From Malacoraja senta (lineage: Eukaryota), in contig CM075982.1 in assembly GCA_038087875.1 (NCBI GenBank), positions 70,122,001 through 70,186,000 on the forward strand: a DNA stretch of 64,000 nt. Reading direction: 5' to 3'. The first letter of the stretch is position 1. Every line of letters starts with the position of its first letter. Of this stretch, positions 13,301 through 28,300 are shown piece by piece. The position numbers were made by a program, and so were the translations under genes. Under the pieces are notes generated by a model that saw nothing but the letters and a program-made list of their open reading frames with translations, had not been told where the DNA came from and did no database searches.

Positions 13301-16300
13301 AGAAGACATGTGACACAATGCCATGTCTAAGTCCCAGCACAAACACTGGACAAACACAGCAGAGGCAGTGGCACTAAAGAACAAGACCCCATCAAATACA
13401 ATGGCATTGCATGAAACAAAGGCAAGGAAATCACCCGCTTGTTACCTCTTACTGTCTGCCCTCGGCTAACCGTCAGCAGCAAGGCCACATTTATTCTGAT
13501 CTGGTGTTGCGATGTCCACCCACACGATCGGCACAACAACGGACTGTCACTGGGTTATGCCAATAGAAAAAGCTCATTCGGTCTACCATGGCCATGCCAA
13601 CCTTATTGCCCAGCTACACTATTCTCATTTGACCACTGGTCCATCAATGCGATGTCATGCCTAAATGTCTCAAACATACTGATTGCACTCAACTCCACCA
13701 GTCTCTCCAGCAGTTCCAGATATTGACCACTCTCGATGTGGTCACTTCCCTCAAAACTCCTTCCTCCCATCTTAAACCCGTGCTCTGTTGTGTTGATAAC
13801 TCTGCCATGGTACAAAACCTGAACCTCTCTAGTCTCAAACCCTTTAGCCCGAATAACATCCGTGGGAATCCTTTCTGCACCTGCTCCAGCCTAATGATAT
13901 CCTTCTGCTAGTTATGTGGCCAGAACGGCACACTATACTCAAGGTGCAGACTCACCAACATTTTGTACAATTGTAACATGACATCGCAACTTTTGAATTA
14001 TTGTTTCATATTCATAATATTTAACATACCTTTTACGACATCTGTCTGGCTCTCAAATCGATCCAAGGACAATACTATGCAGCGAACCAACATATTGGAA
14101 TCCACTAAAGAATTGTTGATCTGATTCAAAAATATCTGAAACTAAACAAGACAGTAAACAGATAATTTGTTGCATAACAGTGGGTAACATAGAAAACACA
14201 TTAGTTGGGCGTAACAAAGTGTAATGATAAGGACAGTGTAGTAGATGTGGCTCAGATGGAGTGAGACTTTTGACAAGGTAACAAATGGAAGAGTCATCCA
14301 TAGGATTCAGGGCAAGTTGGCAACCTGGATCCAAAATTGACTTGGCAATAGGAAACGGGTGTTATTCAACATGGACGAGCACTTATCCATCAGCTGAGAG
14401 AAAACGTAGGCATTAATCAGATGAAGAGTTCCTTGCCCATGTTTAACCTAATGCATGAACAGCTGAACAGGTACATTTAGAGCAAGAATAGGCTACTCAA
14501 GCCTGAGATAAGAAGATTTTGGCAAATGATGATTATAACCTCAACTTCCAATTCTTTTCCTACCACATTAATTTTTTAATCCCTTTATTTAAAATCCACC
14601 TCCTTCTGCCTTAAAAAATATTCATAGACTCTGCTACTTCCACCCTTTGAAGAATACGATTCTGAAGACACAAGACCCACTGAGAGAACTTTTGCCTCAT
14701 CTCGATAAATTGGTGATCCTTTCTATTTCAAAACTGATCCCCTAGATCTAAGTTCTGCCACAATAGGCATCATCCTTTCTACATGCACCCGATCGAGACT
14801 CCTATGGATCTTGAATGTTCTAACTAAATCTGTCACTATTCTAAACTCCAGCAGATACAAGCCACTGGACTTGTGTGAGCTCCACCTTCCATCCTCTTGT
14901 CTTTATCTCCACCCTTCCTGGCCCCATCTGCTCATCAACTCCATCTTTAACTAATTCCACCTATTGCCTGCCAGTTCCTGTCTGATCCAGCCCAATTTGC
15001 TCATCTCTTTCAATGGCTATTCTTCCTCTCCACTTGTATGATACAGGGTTTCAACCCCAAACCTCAACTATCCCTCTGCCTCCACAACTGCTGTCCAACC
15101 CGCCGAGTTCCTCCCCCTACTTTTTGGTTCCAAATTCTAGCATTTAGTCTCATCTCCCCACTGTGCCTGCTACAAATTGTACGACAGTTACTCACCTAGG
15201 TGAGCCCAACAACACACTGCAGGCTTAACCACCAACCACACATCATCTTAAAATGCAAACACATTATGGGAATACCTTTTCACCACCACCTTTTGAAGGG
15301 CAATTAGGGATGACAAACACTGGTCTTGCCAGCAGTGTTTATGTCCCATAATACCAACCTAAAAAAGGTACTGAGCCTTTTAAAGAGGTGGACTGGTTGT
15401 CAATTCGGAGAGCAAGAGTGAAGTGCTATGATATGAAAATTCAAACTGAAAGGCCAGGTTTCATTTTCCAACAAGGAAATTAGGGAACTAATTGGATTTT
15501 TAGGGGAAAATAATCAGAACTTCATGGGCACCATTACTGACAGTTGCAATACAAGGAATGTACAATATTCTTAAAAATCCAGTTTATTTTCTCAACGAGT
15601 AATTATCACATCTCACTCACCTTCTCCTCTGTGTTTACATACTTATTAAACCTCCTGAAGGCATCAATGTTGAATTTCATCAGCTCGCCCAAGAGGTCAA
15701 AGTAACTCTGCAACACATCTCTCGACTTGCATTCACTGTCGATAATGCAGAACAAAATGTGCTGCAAAGGTAAAATACAGGAGTAAACTTCTTGTGGAGG
15801 CATGGTCCAGATAACCTTGCTGTTCAAATTCTCTTTGCCTCTTGCATGTAGAAAAACTTTGGATCTATTGAACTCATCGTAGAATGGAATCAAATAGTAA
15901 TTGCTGCCCAAGAGGTCACAGAACAGCTCAGTACAGAAGATTAGTCAACACTCATCTGTTGAACCGTGCCAATAAATCTTTGCTCCACATATTCTAGGGG
16001 CTGCACATCTTCACAACGTTGTGACCCACTTGGATGCAATGTTGTCTCAATGTTTTATAAAGGTTTGACGTGTGAAGACTCCCTCATTCTCTCTTGTACT
16101 CTTTTATTTGTAAAACAAAGCAAATGGTGGGTTCTTAAGTGCTCTCTCAATATGCCCTGCTATTGATGTAGAAAAAACCCTATTTTTTTGCCCATCTTAT
16201 AGAACACTGTGCAGAGTTATTTCCCATTCTTTGCCACGTTGCATCAATCCCTAACTGTATTGGTTCACCTGTAATTTGCTTGCCCAGCTGGCAGATGACC

Positions 16301-19300
16301 TCTTCTTGTACCTCATTGTTATATACCTCAGTTTTCCACACTTCCAATCTTCGTCCCATTTGCAAATTTTACCCTGCACAACCGATTCATGCAATTATTA
16401 TAAAAACAATCCTCTGGTCTTAACATCTCATGGGACTCCTGCCATCAGACAATTTAAAAACAATATAAAAACTGTATTTCAGTCAATTCTTTACCAAGCT
16501 ATCACTTATACCTGGGCCTCCAAATTCCTTTAAAGTTGAATTTCAGCTAACCTTCCTGAAAACCCATATACACAATTCAACCCACACCAAAAATAAATTA
16601 ATATCAGGTTAGAAAATGCCACGCCTGTAGAAAATCTATTTTGTCTCCTTTATTTATAAGAACTGTTGTAGAATCTATTAATGCTTTCCCCAATTACTGT
16701 TTCAGAAGAATATAAGAAATGAACATAGTGACAGGCCATTCAGCCACTCTTACACTTCCTTGGGCAATTTTCCCCACACTATTCGATTCCCATAATATTC
16801 AACAATCTCAGTAACACACACGAGTATACTCAATGACTGAGTCTCTTTCACCCGAGTAGAGAAATTAAAGGACTCGCTATTCTCTGGATGAACAAATTAA
16901 TCGTTATTCACCCTGAACAGCCAGCAACTCTGACCTCCAGCTCCAAACCTGCATCAATCCTACAAAGCCCAAGGATTTTTTTTCCCCCAATCAGATCAAT
17001 ACTCATCTTCTCATCGAGAGTATAGGCCTAGTCTGCTTAACCTGACTAATAGCCATGCTGTAGCTGTTACAACTTTAGTGAGGCCACATTAGAGTCTTGC
17101 GTGCAGTTCTGGCTGCCACACTGCAGTACGGGCGTGGACACTTTAGATGGATGCAGCAAAAGTTAATCAGGATACTATCTAGAATAAAGGGTATTAACTA
17201 AATGTATATACAGTTATGAGAGGCATAGATAAGGCAAATAATGTATTTTTCCCCAAGTAGAAATTCCAATATCAAGGAGGAAAAGAGTTTTAAGGAAATT
17301 TGCAATGCAAGTTTTTTTCCTCCTGGAGAACATCATGCTGCAAGGAAAAGTGGTAGAAGCAGATATGATAGCAACATTTAGGATGCATTCAGACACTCGC
17401 ATAAATAAGCAGGGAATGAAGCGATACAGTCCATGTGCTGGCACATTGGATTAGTTTCAATTGGCTTCAAGATTAGCATGCATTCCCTGCTATGTTCTAT
17501 GTGTAGATTTTAGAAAGTCATTTTTATCAATTACAATGAAGCTGCTGGGTTTATTTACAAAATGGTTTTGAGCTCACCTCCAGCAAACCACGTTTCAAAA
17601 GGAACATCTGATCAGCATAAGACGTCACTCCTCGCAGAAAGCTCTCAACTGCTCTTGCCTGCCAGAATCTACAAAGAAGAGTAAGGCATCAATAATGAGG
17701 TTTTCATCCAAGTTGGCCGTCGTCTCAGTTTTTAATTATGAATTAAACATGGATTCAATGGCTATTAGCAGTACTAGCAATATAGGACGTTTTATTTAGA
17801 ATGTGCTTTAACATATAGTTAATTGTGCATCACCAGTCCTGCACCTAATCCACGTTTTGTTTTTTTAAACACAAAACTGTTCCAACAGCTACAATACAAA
17901 CTCAGCAAGATGGCAATTAAACCAATGATTACATGGTCTGCAACAAAATAATGATCTGGATTTCACTTCCTCAAATGTGTTCTTGATTACACACCCGACA
18001 GATTTAACAGACTGGAAAATAGAAGAGACAGCAATGTGCATTGTGGCCATTTTTGCTGGAATGTGACGGAAACTCACCTGAAGGAGGATTCAACAGGTTC
18101 CTTTTTCATAACCTGTAATAACCTTGATAGAAGTCCTTTCTTCCCATCACAGATCAGACTTCTGGAAAAACAACAAAATATGTTCATGGAAATACAAAAC
18201 TGATGTGATGAAGGAAATTTTAGACAGAAATACCCATTTCAGTGTTCTATTATTCTGATTCATATTCAGTTTTCAAGTACAAGTTTGATAGTTTTGTAAA
18301 TTGTTTACGATAAATAAAATGTTACAGAAACATTACAGAAAATAATAATAAAGTTAATAATTGTTTAGGAAGGAAAGATAAAATACTGGAGTAATTCAGT
18401 GAGTCAGGCAGCATCTGTGGAGAACATGGGTAGGTGACGTTTCGGGTCAGGACCCCTCATCAATGATCATTAACCTTTATATCTAATGGACTGCAAAACA
18501 AGTTATGCTATTCGATATTACATACATGTGGACAAAAATGTACGTTATCTGATTAGTAAGTTTGCAGATGACAAAAATAGCAATGTTTAAAACACATTTA
18601 GACAAATTGGCAAGGGCTGCTTTCAAAGTATACAGCAGTATATGGCATGTAGGTTAATTGGCTTGGTGTATCTGTAAATTGCCCCGAGTGTATGCAGGAC
18701 AGTGTTAATGTGCGGGGATCGCTGCTCGGTGCAGACTCAGTGGGCCGAAGGGCCTGTTTTCGTGCTGTATTTCTAAACTAATGTATATAGATCAGTAGGA
18801 AATTTGGGTACACGTGACAGCAAGAAACCAAAAGGTAATGACAATCTACATAGATGTAATTTGCTATTTTAAACATTTATAATAGTCAATGTCTATAATA
18901 GTCAAGCAAAAATTTTATTGTCCTATCTGGGACACATGACAATAAACTCTGACTTGACTTGTCCATAACCCTTTCATAACAAATCAATAATGTGTGTACC
19001 TGTCAGTGTTGACAACTGCTTCAACCTCTGGTATATTGGCTCTGAGTGAGATGACACTAAGTTCATTCAGCTCCTGGCTGTTCAATAAGAGGTACTTATT
19101 CCTGAAAATCCAAAGACAATATTGTCAATCAATTGTTGCACATTCATATTGCTCATGCTCTTTTCTAAAACCTGACAAGTGCCAGTCGACTAGATGCAAA
19201 AGGCTGGAAATATTTAGCTGCTTTACAATCTGACACATGTTCAACTCAAAAATGTGTTTTAATTTGCAGTCAGGACACAAAATTAGTTACTGGTAAAACT

Positions 19301-22300
19301 ATTAGTATGAGTGGCCTCTTGAGAATTGGGGAGAGGACGATAATAAAATACAATAAAAGATGAGCTCTTATTTTGCAGTTTTGATCTCTTTATCTGAGGC
19401 ACAAGGAACTGCAGGTGCTGGTTTGCAAAAAAAAAAAAGTGGAATAACCCAGGAGAAAAGGCAGCATCTCTGGAGAACGGATAGGTGACGTTTCAGGTCA
19501 GGACCTTTTTCAGTTTTAGCCTTTTTTATACTAGGAAGTAGTTCAAAGAATTTACCAGGTTTATTTGTGGAATCAGAGACCTGTCCTATTGAGCAGCTTA
19601 AGAAATTAAATCTGCATTCTTTGGAATTTTGGGTCAGCATGAATTGAGTTGAGCCAATTGTGTTGTATGACTCTGAGGGATGATCAAAAACTTGGTCAAA
19701 AGGGCTGATTGGAAAGTGTTTGATTTGAGTTTTAGCAAAACGCCACAGAGCAGAATAGAGTCAGTGATATGGAAACAGTTTATGACAGTCAACAGATGAT
19801 ACAATGGCGGACTGCATGGGGATGAGAAAATTGTGTGGTGATTGGAGGAACTTATTGATTATCTGCCTGGAAAAAATCATGGAACAAGGTGAATGTGATT
19901 ACACAGTGGGTTGGCAAGCTGGAAAATGGCGAGGTTGCCTTGAAGACCACAGGGAGGCTGAGAAGTAAAGAAAAGCCTCCCCTTGTCACAATTGCCAATT
20001 GTTATTAGCAACACAAAAATCATTTCAATACCACGGCAGAAACCAAAAACATATTACAACATGAATATTAAACTAAATTTAAAACATCTTTATACTGTTG
20101 AAGTCTTGCAAAACAATCTTAATACCAATGAAACCACAACCAATTGTAAAAGGTCAACTTCTTTAGTGCACTTTACAACAAATTTGAATCAATTGGGCGA
20201 TTAGAGAATACAGATTTAGGGTCAGAGCAGCTATTTGTCTCTGTACTCTCATGCATGACCTGAAGCAGACCGATTTTCAAAATAAATGATTCAAGTTTAG
20301 ACACTGGGTGACTATCTCCAGGGCCCTCACTTAACTTTTTTTTTCTGTTTCCAGCCGGGCAACCTAGGCAGCTTTTTAGGTTGCCAAATGACAGTTTAGG
20401 CGGTCATTTATGACATGACGCATGCGATAATGTGCTCGGACGAAGTGCGTAATTACCAGTCGGAATTATGCTCAATGATGCATTCACATATTATTCTGTT
20501 TCAAATAAAGTCACAAACTAAACATATTCACCAATCAAGACATGATATATATCACAATGACATGCAGCAAAATTATAATACAGTATATACAGTACCTCAA
20601 CTCTTTTTACATGTTTGCAATGAATGCAATTTCTATTATTTCTTTTCACTTCCAAACAAAAATGTGGTTGGATTATACAGCGGATGATCAACCTCGGTGA
20701 GACCAAGCACAGGCTTGGCGATCGCTTCGCACACCACCTCCACTCAGTTCGCAATAACCAACCTGATCTCCCGATGGCTCAGCACTTCAACTCCCCCTCC
20801 CATTCCGAATCCGACCTTTCTGTCCTGGGCCTCCTCCATGGCCAGAGTGAGGCCCACTGCAAATTGGAGGAACAGCACCTCATATTTCGCTTGGTTAGTT
20901 TACACCCCAGTGATATGAACATTGGCTTCTCCAATTTCAGGTAGTCCTTGCTTTCTCCCTCCTTCCCCTCCCATTCCCAGCTCTCCCACAGCCTACTGTC
21001 TCCGCCTCTTCCTTTCTTTTTCCCGCCCCCACCCCCCCCGATCTCAGTCTGAAGGGTCTTGACCCGAAACGTCACCTATTTCCTTCGCTCCATAGATGCT
21101 ACCTCACCCAATGAGTTTTTTCCAGTATTTTTGTCTGCCCATTCACGCAAGTTCTGTTATCCCACTTTCCTCACCCACTCCCTGCACATTAGGGGCAATT
21201 TTAGAGAGACAAGTTAACCTACAAAGCCAATGCGTCTTTGGGAAGTGGGAGGAAACCAACATGCTTGCAGGGAGAATGTGCAAATTCAACAGACAGTGCC
21301 CGAGGACAGGATCGAACACAGATCTCTGGTGTGCGAGGCAGCAAGTCCATCAGCTGTGCCACTATATTTTGTTTTCCAATACACAAAAAAATTATACGTT
21401 GATAATTTTGGTTACTAAAAAAAAGAAACTATCCATTTTCAATCATAAATCTCTAAGTGACGCTTTACAGCTACTGTATGTTTAAATTCAGTTCAAGACT
21501 ATGGGGCAGTACATTGGCCATAAAGTTGCTGCCTAAAAGTGCCAGAGACCCGGAATCGATCCTGAATATGGGTGCTGTTTGTATGGAGTTTGCTCCTTTT
21601 CCCTTTGATCGCATGGGTTTTCTTCGGGTGCTCTTGTTTCCTCCCACATTCCAAAGGTGTGCAGGAACCTTTTTCAGACGCAGCCCAAAACGTAATATTT
21701 TCCTTTTGTCCAGAGATCCTGTCTGACCTGTTGAGTCATGAAGTGGCGGCGCCTAACGGCAGCGGCTCGACTGCAGTCCGTCTGTCTTTTTTTAATTTTT
21801 GTCTAGTTAAATGTAGTTGTTTGTGTTTTTTTAATATTGTTTTTAAACTCTGTATATGTGGGGGGGGGGGGGGGGGGGGAAGGGGGGAACTTAAAAAAAA
21901 TCTCTTCCCTGTCTGGAGGACCCGCCCTTTCTCTGTCGGGTCTCCGTTGTCATTGGGGCCTAGCACCGTGGATAGGCCTCCAACCGGAACGACCTGGGGC
22001 TCCAGTCGCGGAGCCTGCGGACTACTCACCATCGTGGAGCTGGCCGAGTTCGGAGCGTGGAGAGCTGCGTTGGCGCGCGGTTGTGACCCGACCCCGGAGA
22101 TTCGGAGGCTCCAGCCGCGGGTCTGGTGGACGGTAACACCAGGAGCTCGCGGGTCCCTGGTGGGAGACCGCTTTTTGGGTCTTCCGCAACGGCAACTTCT
22201 CCCGCCCGAGTTGCGGGGTTGAAGATGACCTGGAGTTGGGTCTAACATCGCCCGGCGCGGCTTTAATGGCCGCGGGACTTGCTAGTGCTACCGGGGGCTC

Positions 22301-25300
22301 CAACATCCAGACCCAGAGGGCGGCCTTGCATCGCCCGGCGCGGCTTTAATGGCCGCGGGTACTTATTTTCCATCGCCCGCCGGGGACTCTGAACTGACAT
22401 CGGGAGAAGAATGGGGAGTGCAGGGAGAGATAAGACTTTGCCTTCCATCACAGCGAGGAGGAGATTCGCTGTGATGGATGTTTGTGTAAATTGTGTTGTG
22501 TCTTGGTTCTTTTTACTTGTTTGTATGACTGCAGAAACCAAATTTCGTTTTGAACCTCATTTGAGGTTCAAATGACAATAAATTGTATTGTATTGTATTG
22601 TATTGAGTTACTCCAGCTTTTTGTGTCTATCTTCAGTTTAAACCAGCATCTGCAATTCCTTCCTACACACACGATACTATACGATAGAAACTTTATTAAT
22701 CCCAGGATGGAAAGTGTGTGTGTGTATATATTATACACTATACACACACACTCATATATAAATATACACTGTTTTGTTTTCTCGTTTATAACATTGTTTA
22801 CAGAGTACTGTGTTTACATATTCTGTTGTGCTGCTGCAAGTTAGGATTTCATTGTTCTAACTGGGACATGAGAGAATAAAACACTCTTGACTCTTGTCGC
22901 TAATGTGTGGGATAGAACAAGTGTACGGGTGATCGGTGGTTGGCGTGGACTCGGTGGGCCCGTTTCCACGCTGTATCTTTAAATTAAACTAAAAACACTA
23001 AAACCAGAGGAAATCTAAAGAAGGGTCTCCACCCGAAAAGTCACCCCAATTTCTTCTATCCAGAGATGCTGGCTGCTCCATGGAGTTTCACCGCACAATT
23101 AAAGTATGGAATAGTCTTCACCCTACCATAGTTACCCAACCAGATGCAACTAAATTAAGGTAGCTCTTTTTTCCCCTCAAGAACCCTTTTTTGCTTAAGT
23201 CCAAGTCAAGAGTCGAGAGTTTTATTGTCATGTGTCCCAGATAGGGCAATGAAATTCTTACTTGCTGCAGCACAACGGAATATGTAAACATAATACAAAC
23301 AGGAGATTAAAGTTCAGTGTGTCTATATACCATAGACCATATATATACACAATAAATAAACAGATAAAGTGCAATAGGCTGTTATTTTTCAGAGTTTGGA
23401 GTTTGGTGGTGGAGGGTCCACTCCAGTTTAAATTCCATTTGGAATATTTTTGGAGGACCAGGAAACCATGAAGCAAGAGTTACTCCAGGGAGTTACTCCA
23501 GCTCCAGGGAGTGATTCTGCGTTGGTTTTCAGCGGTCTCGGCAAGGCTGCGCATTGCGCACAACCACGGGCCGATGATGTGCTGGCCGTGGTTGTGCGCA
23601 TGTGCAGGGGGAGGATGCGCAGGCCGTGGCAGTGTGCATGTGTAAGGCGACCGGCTGTGCCGGCGGATGAGGAGCGGGCGGAGAGCAGAGAACCGGCGGG
23701 TGGAGACAGAGAGAGAGAGAGAGAGATAGAGAGGGGGCCTCGCTCAGAGTTGAACGATAGGTGTTCTGGGTGCTTGCCAAGCCGGGCAAAATGGCACGGC
23801 TTTTAGGTTGCCCGGCGGGACTTTAGGTCGCAATTGGCACCCGGGCAACCATTAATTTCAAGCCTGTACCTCCAAATAATTGCGAGTGCTACGATATAGA
23901 ACAATGCTGTATGTTTTTGTATACTCACTCATGATGATCACTGAAGCTCTGAAGCAATCTTAGGAATTGGATTTTCAGGGAAATCTCCTGTGGAGGAAGG
24001 CAAACAAGAACATAAGAATGGATGATCAATGGTTGGTATTAACTTGGTGGGATGAATGGGCTGTTTCCATACTATATCTTCCAATTAATAAGAAATAAGA
24101 GCGCCACAAGGCCACACAAACCTTACATATTCCTTAATTTCTAATATTCAGAAATCAATCAACTCTGTTTTGAACGAACTTAAAGACTCTGCCTCCCTGC
24201 CCTCCAAGGTATAAAAATCCAAAGGCTCACCACAAAAAGGGAATTTTCTTTAACCCCAATCCTAAATGACATACTTATTCTCAAATTCTGCTCCTTGCTG
24301 CTGGATTCTGATCAGGAGATATATGCTCCTGTATCCAGCCCGCTAAGCACTAACAATTTTGCAAGTTTCATAAGATCACAAGTGATAGGAGCAGAATTAG
24401 GCCATTCGACCCATCAAGTCTACACCATTCAATCATCGCTGATCTCTCACTCCCTCCTAACCCATTCTCCTGTCTTCTCCCCATAACCCGACACCTGTAC
24501 TAATCAAGAATCTATCTATCTGCCGTAAAAATATCCACTGATGTGGCCTCCAAAGAATTCCAGATTCACCACCCTCTGACTAAAGAAATTCCTCCTCATC
24601 TCCTTCCTAAAGGAACAACCTTAATTCTGAGGCTATGACCTCTGGTCCTAGACTCTCCCACTAGTGAAAACATCCTCTCCACATCCACTCTAAGCCTTTC
24701 ACTATTCTGTACGTTTCAAACGAGGTTCCCCCTATTCTTCTAAACTCCAGTGAGTACAGACCCAGTGCCTTCAAACATTCATCATAGGTTAACCTACTCA
24801 TTCCTGGGATCATTTGTGTAAAGCTCCTCTGGACGTTCCTCAGATATGGTGTTTTTGTATACAAGCCCTCTCAAAATAAATGCTAGCATTGCGTGGGGGA
24901 TCAGCATTCGGGCAGGCAGGTTTGCCACTGCTACACGGGTGGTTTTAAACTGAATAAGGGGGGAGGGGCTGTCAAATGGGATAGTCGAGGATGGAGTTAA
25001 AGGGAAAGAGAGTAAAGGGATGGTTAATGACCCCCAGAATTAACGGAAAAGGAAGCTCACAAAGGGATAGGAGAGTATGGCCAAGTGTAATAGGGATCGA
25101 TGTGAAAGGTGAGATGCGTAAGGAATTAAAAGTATTGTATATGAATGCGCGAAGTATAATAAGTAAGTAGATGAGCTTGAGGCTCAGTTAGAGGTTGGTA
25201 GATATGACATTGTTGGGATTACTGAGACGTGGCTGCAGGAGGATCGGGCCTGGGAACTTAATATTCAGGGTTATACATCCTATAGAAAGGACAGGCATGT

Positions 25301-28300
25301 GGGAAGAGGAGGGGGGGTAGCTGCTGGTGAGGGATGGAATTCAGTCCCTTGCAAGGGAAGACATAGGGGCTGACGAGGTAGAGTCACTGTGGATTGAGTA
25401 AAGGCAAGAAGACACTAATTGGTGTTATTTAAAGACCCCCAAATAGTACCCTGGATGTAGGATGTAGGGTGTAAGTTGCAGCAGGAGTTAAAACTGGCAT
25501 GTAACAAAGGTAATGCCACTGTGGTGATAGGGGATTACAATATGCAGGTAGACTGGGAAAATCAGGTTGGTTCAGGACCCAAGAAAGAGAGTTTGTAGAA
25601 TGCCTCCGAGATGGATTCTTAGAGCAGCTTGTAATGGAGCCGACCAGAGAAAAGGAAATTCTGGATTTAGTGTTGTCCAATGAACCAGATATAATAAGAC
25701 AACTCGAGGTAAAGGTATAATAAGACAACTTGGAGGTAGTGATCATAATATGATTCGTTTTAATCTGCAATTTGAGAAGGAGAACGTTTAAATCGGAAGT
25801 GGCAGTGATGCAGTTGAACAAAGGGGGACTATGAAGGCATGAGAGGGGAGCTGGGAGCTGGCCAAAGTAGACTGGAAAGGGATCCTAGCAGGAATGACGG
25901 TGGAACAGCAATGGCAGGAATTTCTGGGCATAATCCGGGAGACGCAGGATCATTTTATTCCAAAAAGGAAGAAAGATTCTAAGGGGAGTAGGAGGCAACC
26001 GTGGCTGACAAGAGAAGTTAGGGATAGAATAAAACTAAAAGAAAAGATGTATAACACAGCAAAGAGTAGCCGGAAGCCAGAGGATTGGGAAACTTTCATA
26101 GAACAACAGAAGGAAACAAAACGGGCAATACGGGCTGAAAAGATGAAGTACGAGGGGAAGCTGGCCAGGAATATAGAGGACAGTAAAAGCTTCTTTAGAT
26201 ATGTTAAGGGAAAAAGTGTAGCAAAGTCAAATGTGGGTCCCTTGAAGGCAGACAGGGGTGAAATTATTATGGGCAACAAGGAAATGGTACTTCGGATCTG
26301 TCTTCACTAAGGAAGACACAAACAATCTCCCAGATGTACTGGAGGACAGAGGATCTAAGGGGGTATAGGAACTGAAAGAATTTTTTATTAGGCGAGAAAT
26401 AGTATTGGGTAGGCTAATGGGACTGAAGGATGATAAATCCCCTGGGCCTGACGGTCTGCATCCCAGGATCTGCAGGGAGGTGGCTCTAGAAATAGTGGAC
26501 GCATTGGTATTCATTTTCCAATGTTCAATAGATTCATGATCCATAATTCCTGTGGATTGAAGGATAGCTAATGCTATCCCACTTTTCAAGAAAGGAGCGA
26601 GAGAGAAAACGGGGAATTATAGACCAGTTAGCCTGACTTCGGTGGTGGGAAAGATGCTGGAGTCAATTATTAAAGATGTAATAATGGGGCATTTGGATAG
26701 TAGCAAAAGGATTAGTCCAAGTCAACATGGATTTATGAAAGGAAAATCATGCTTGACTAATCTTTTGGAATTTTTTGAGGATGTGACAAGTAAAATGGAT
26801 GAAGGGGTGCCAGTGGATGTAGTGTATCTAGACTTTCAGAAAGCCTTTGTTAAGGTCCCGCACGGGAGACAGGTGACTAAAATTAGAGCACATGGTATTG
26901 GGGGTAGGGTGTTGACATGGATAGAAAATTGGTTGGCAGACCGGAAGCAAAGAGTAAGAGTGAACGGGTCCTTTTCAGAATGGCAGGCAGTGGCGAGTGG
27001 AGTGCCGCAAGGCTCGGTGTTGGGGCCGCTACTGTTTACCATATATATTAACGATTTGGAAGAGGGAATTAGGAGCAACACTAGCAAGGTTGCGGATGAC
27101 ACAAAGCTGGGTGGCAGTGTGAACTGTGAAGAGGATGTTAGGAGGTTGCAGGGTGACCTGAACAGGTTGAGTGAGTGGGCAGATGCGTGGCAGATATGCA
27201 GTATAATATAGATAAATGTGAGGTTATCTACTTTGGCGGCAAAAACAAGGGGGCAGATTATTATCTCAATGGGGTTAAGTTAGGTAAGGGGGAGGTGCAG
27301 CGAGACCTGGGTGTCCTTGTACACCGGTCACTGAAAGTTGCCGTGCAGGTACAGCAGGCAGTGAAGAAACCTAATGGAATGTTGGCCTTCATAACAAGAG
27401 GATTTCAGTATAGGAGTAAAGAGGTTCTTCTGCAGTTGTATAGGGCTCTGGTGAGACCACATCTGGAGTATTGTGTACAGTTTTGGTCTCCTAATTTGAG
27501 GATGGACAACCTTGTGATTGAGGCAGTGCAGCGTAGGTTCACGAGATTGATCCCTGAGATGGCGGGACTGTCATACGAGGAAAGATTGAAAAGACTAGGC
27601 TTGTATTCACTGGAGTTTAGAAGGATGAGGGGGGATCTTATAGAAACATATAAAATTATAAAAGGACTGGACAAGCTAGATGCAGGAAATTTTTTCCCAA
27701 TGTTGGGCGAGTCCAGAACCAGGGGCCAGTCTTAGAATAAAGGGGAGGTCATTTAAGACTGAGGTGAGAAAAAACTTTTTCACCCAGAGTTGTGAATTTG
27801 TGAAATTCCCTGCCACAGAGAGCAGTGGAGGCCAAATCACTGGATGGATTTAAGAGAGTTAGATAGAGCTCTAGGGGCTAGTGGAGTCAAGGGATATGTG
27901 GAGAAGGCAGGCACGGGTTATTGATAGGGGATGATCAGCCATGATCACAATGAATGGCAGTGCTGGCTCGTAGGGCCGAATGGCCTCCTCCTGCACCAAT
28001 TTTCTATGTTTCTATGCTTTCTTTACTTGTGATTCGACTTGCAGATAAACCCTTTAGGAATCCTGCACCAGCACTCCCAAATCCCTTTGCACCTCAGATT
28101 TCTGGATTCTATCCCCATTTAGAAAATAGTCTACGCCTTTATTCCTACTATCAAAATGCATGACTCCACACTTTGCTGCACCATATTCCATCTGCCACTT
28201 CTCTGCCCACTCTCCTAACCAGTCCTTCCGTAGTGTCCTTGCTTTCTCCATGTATAACGATATAGTAAACACTCTATATGTAGGCAGTAAGCCCTACTGC

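Noticed and set aside
12578-13384. Cluster of overlapping ORFs as a nested gene
   Set aside because: Explained by the GC-rich MITE with TIRs and a TTA TSD.
21572-22306. ORFs of 170-216 aa on both strands as a novel gene
   Set aside because: They lie in a GC-rich repeat that recurs at 63561-64000, with no domain motifs or splice structure.
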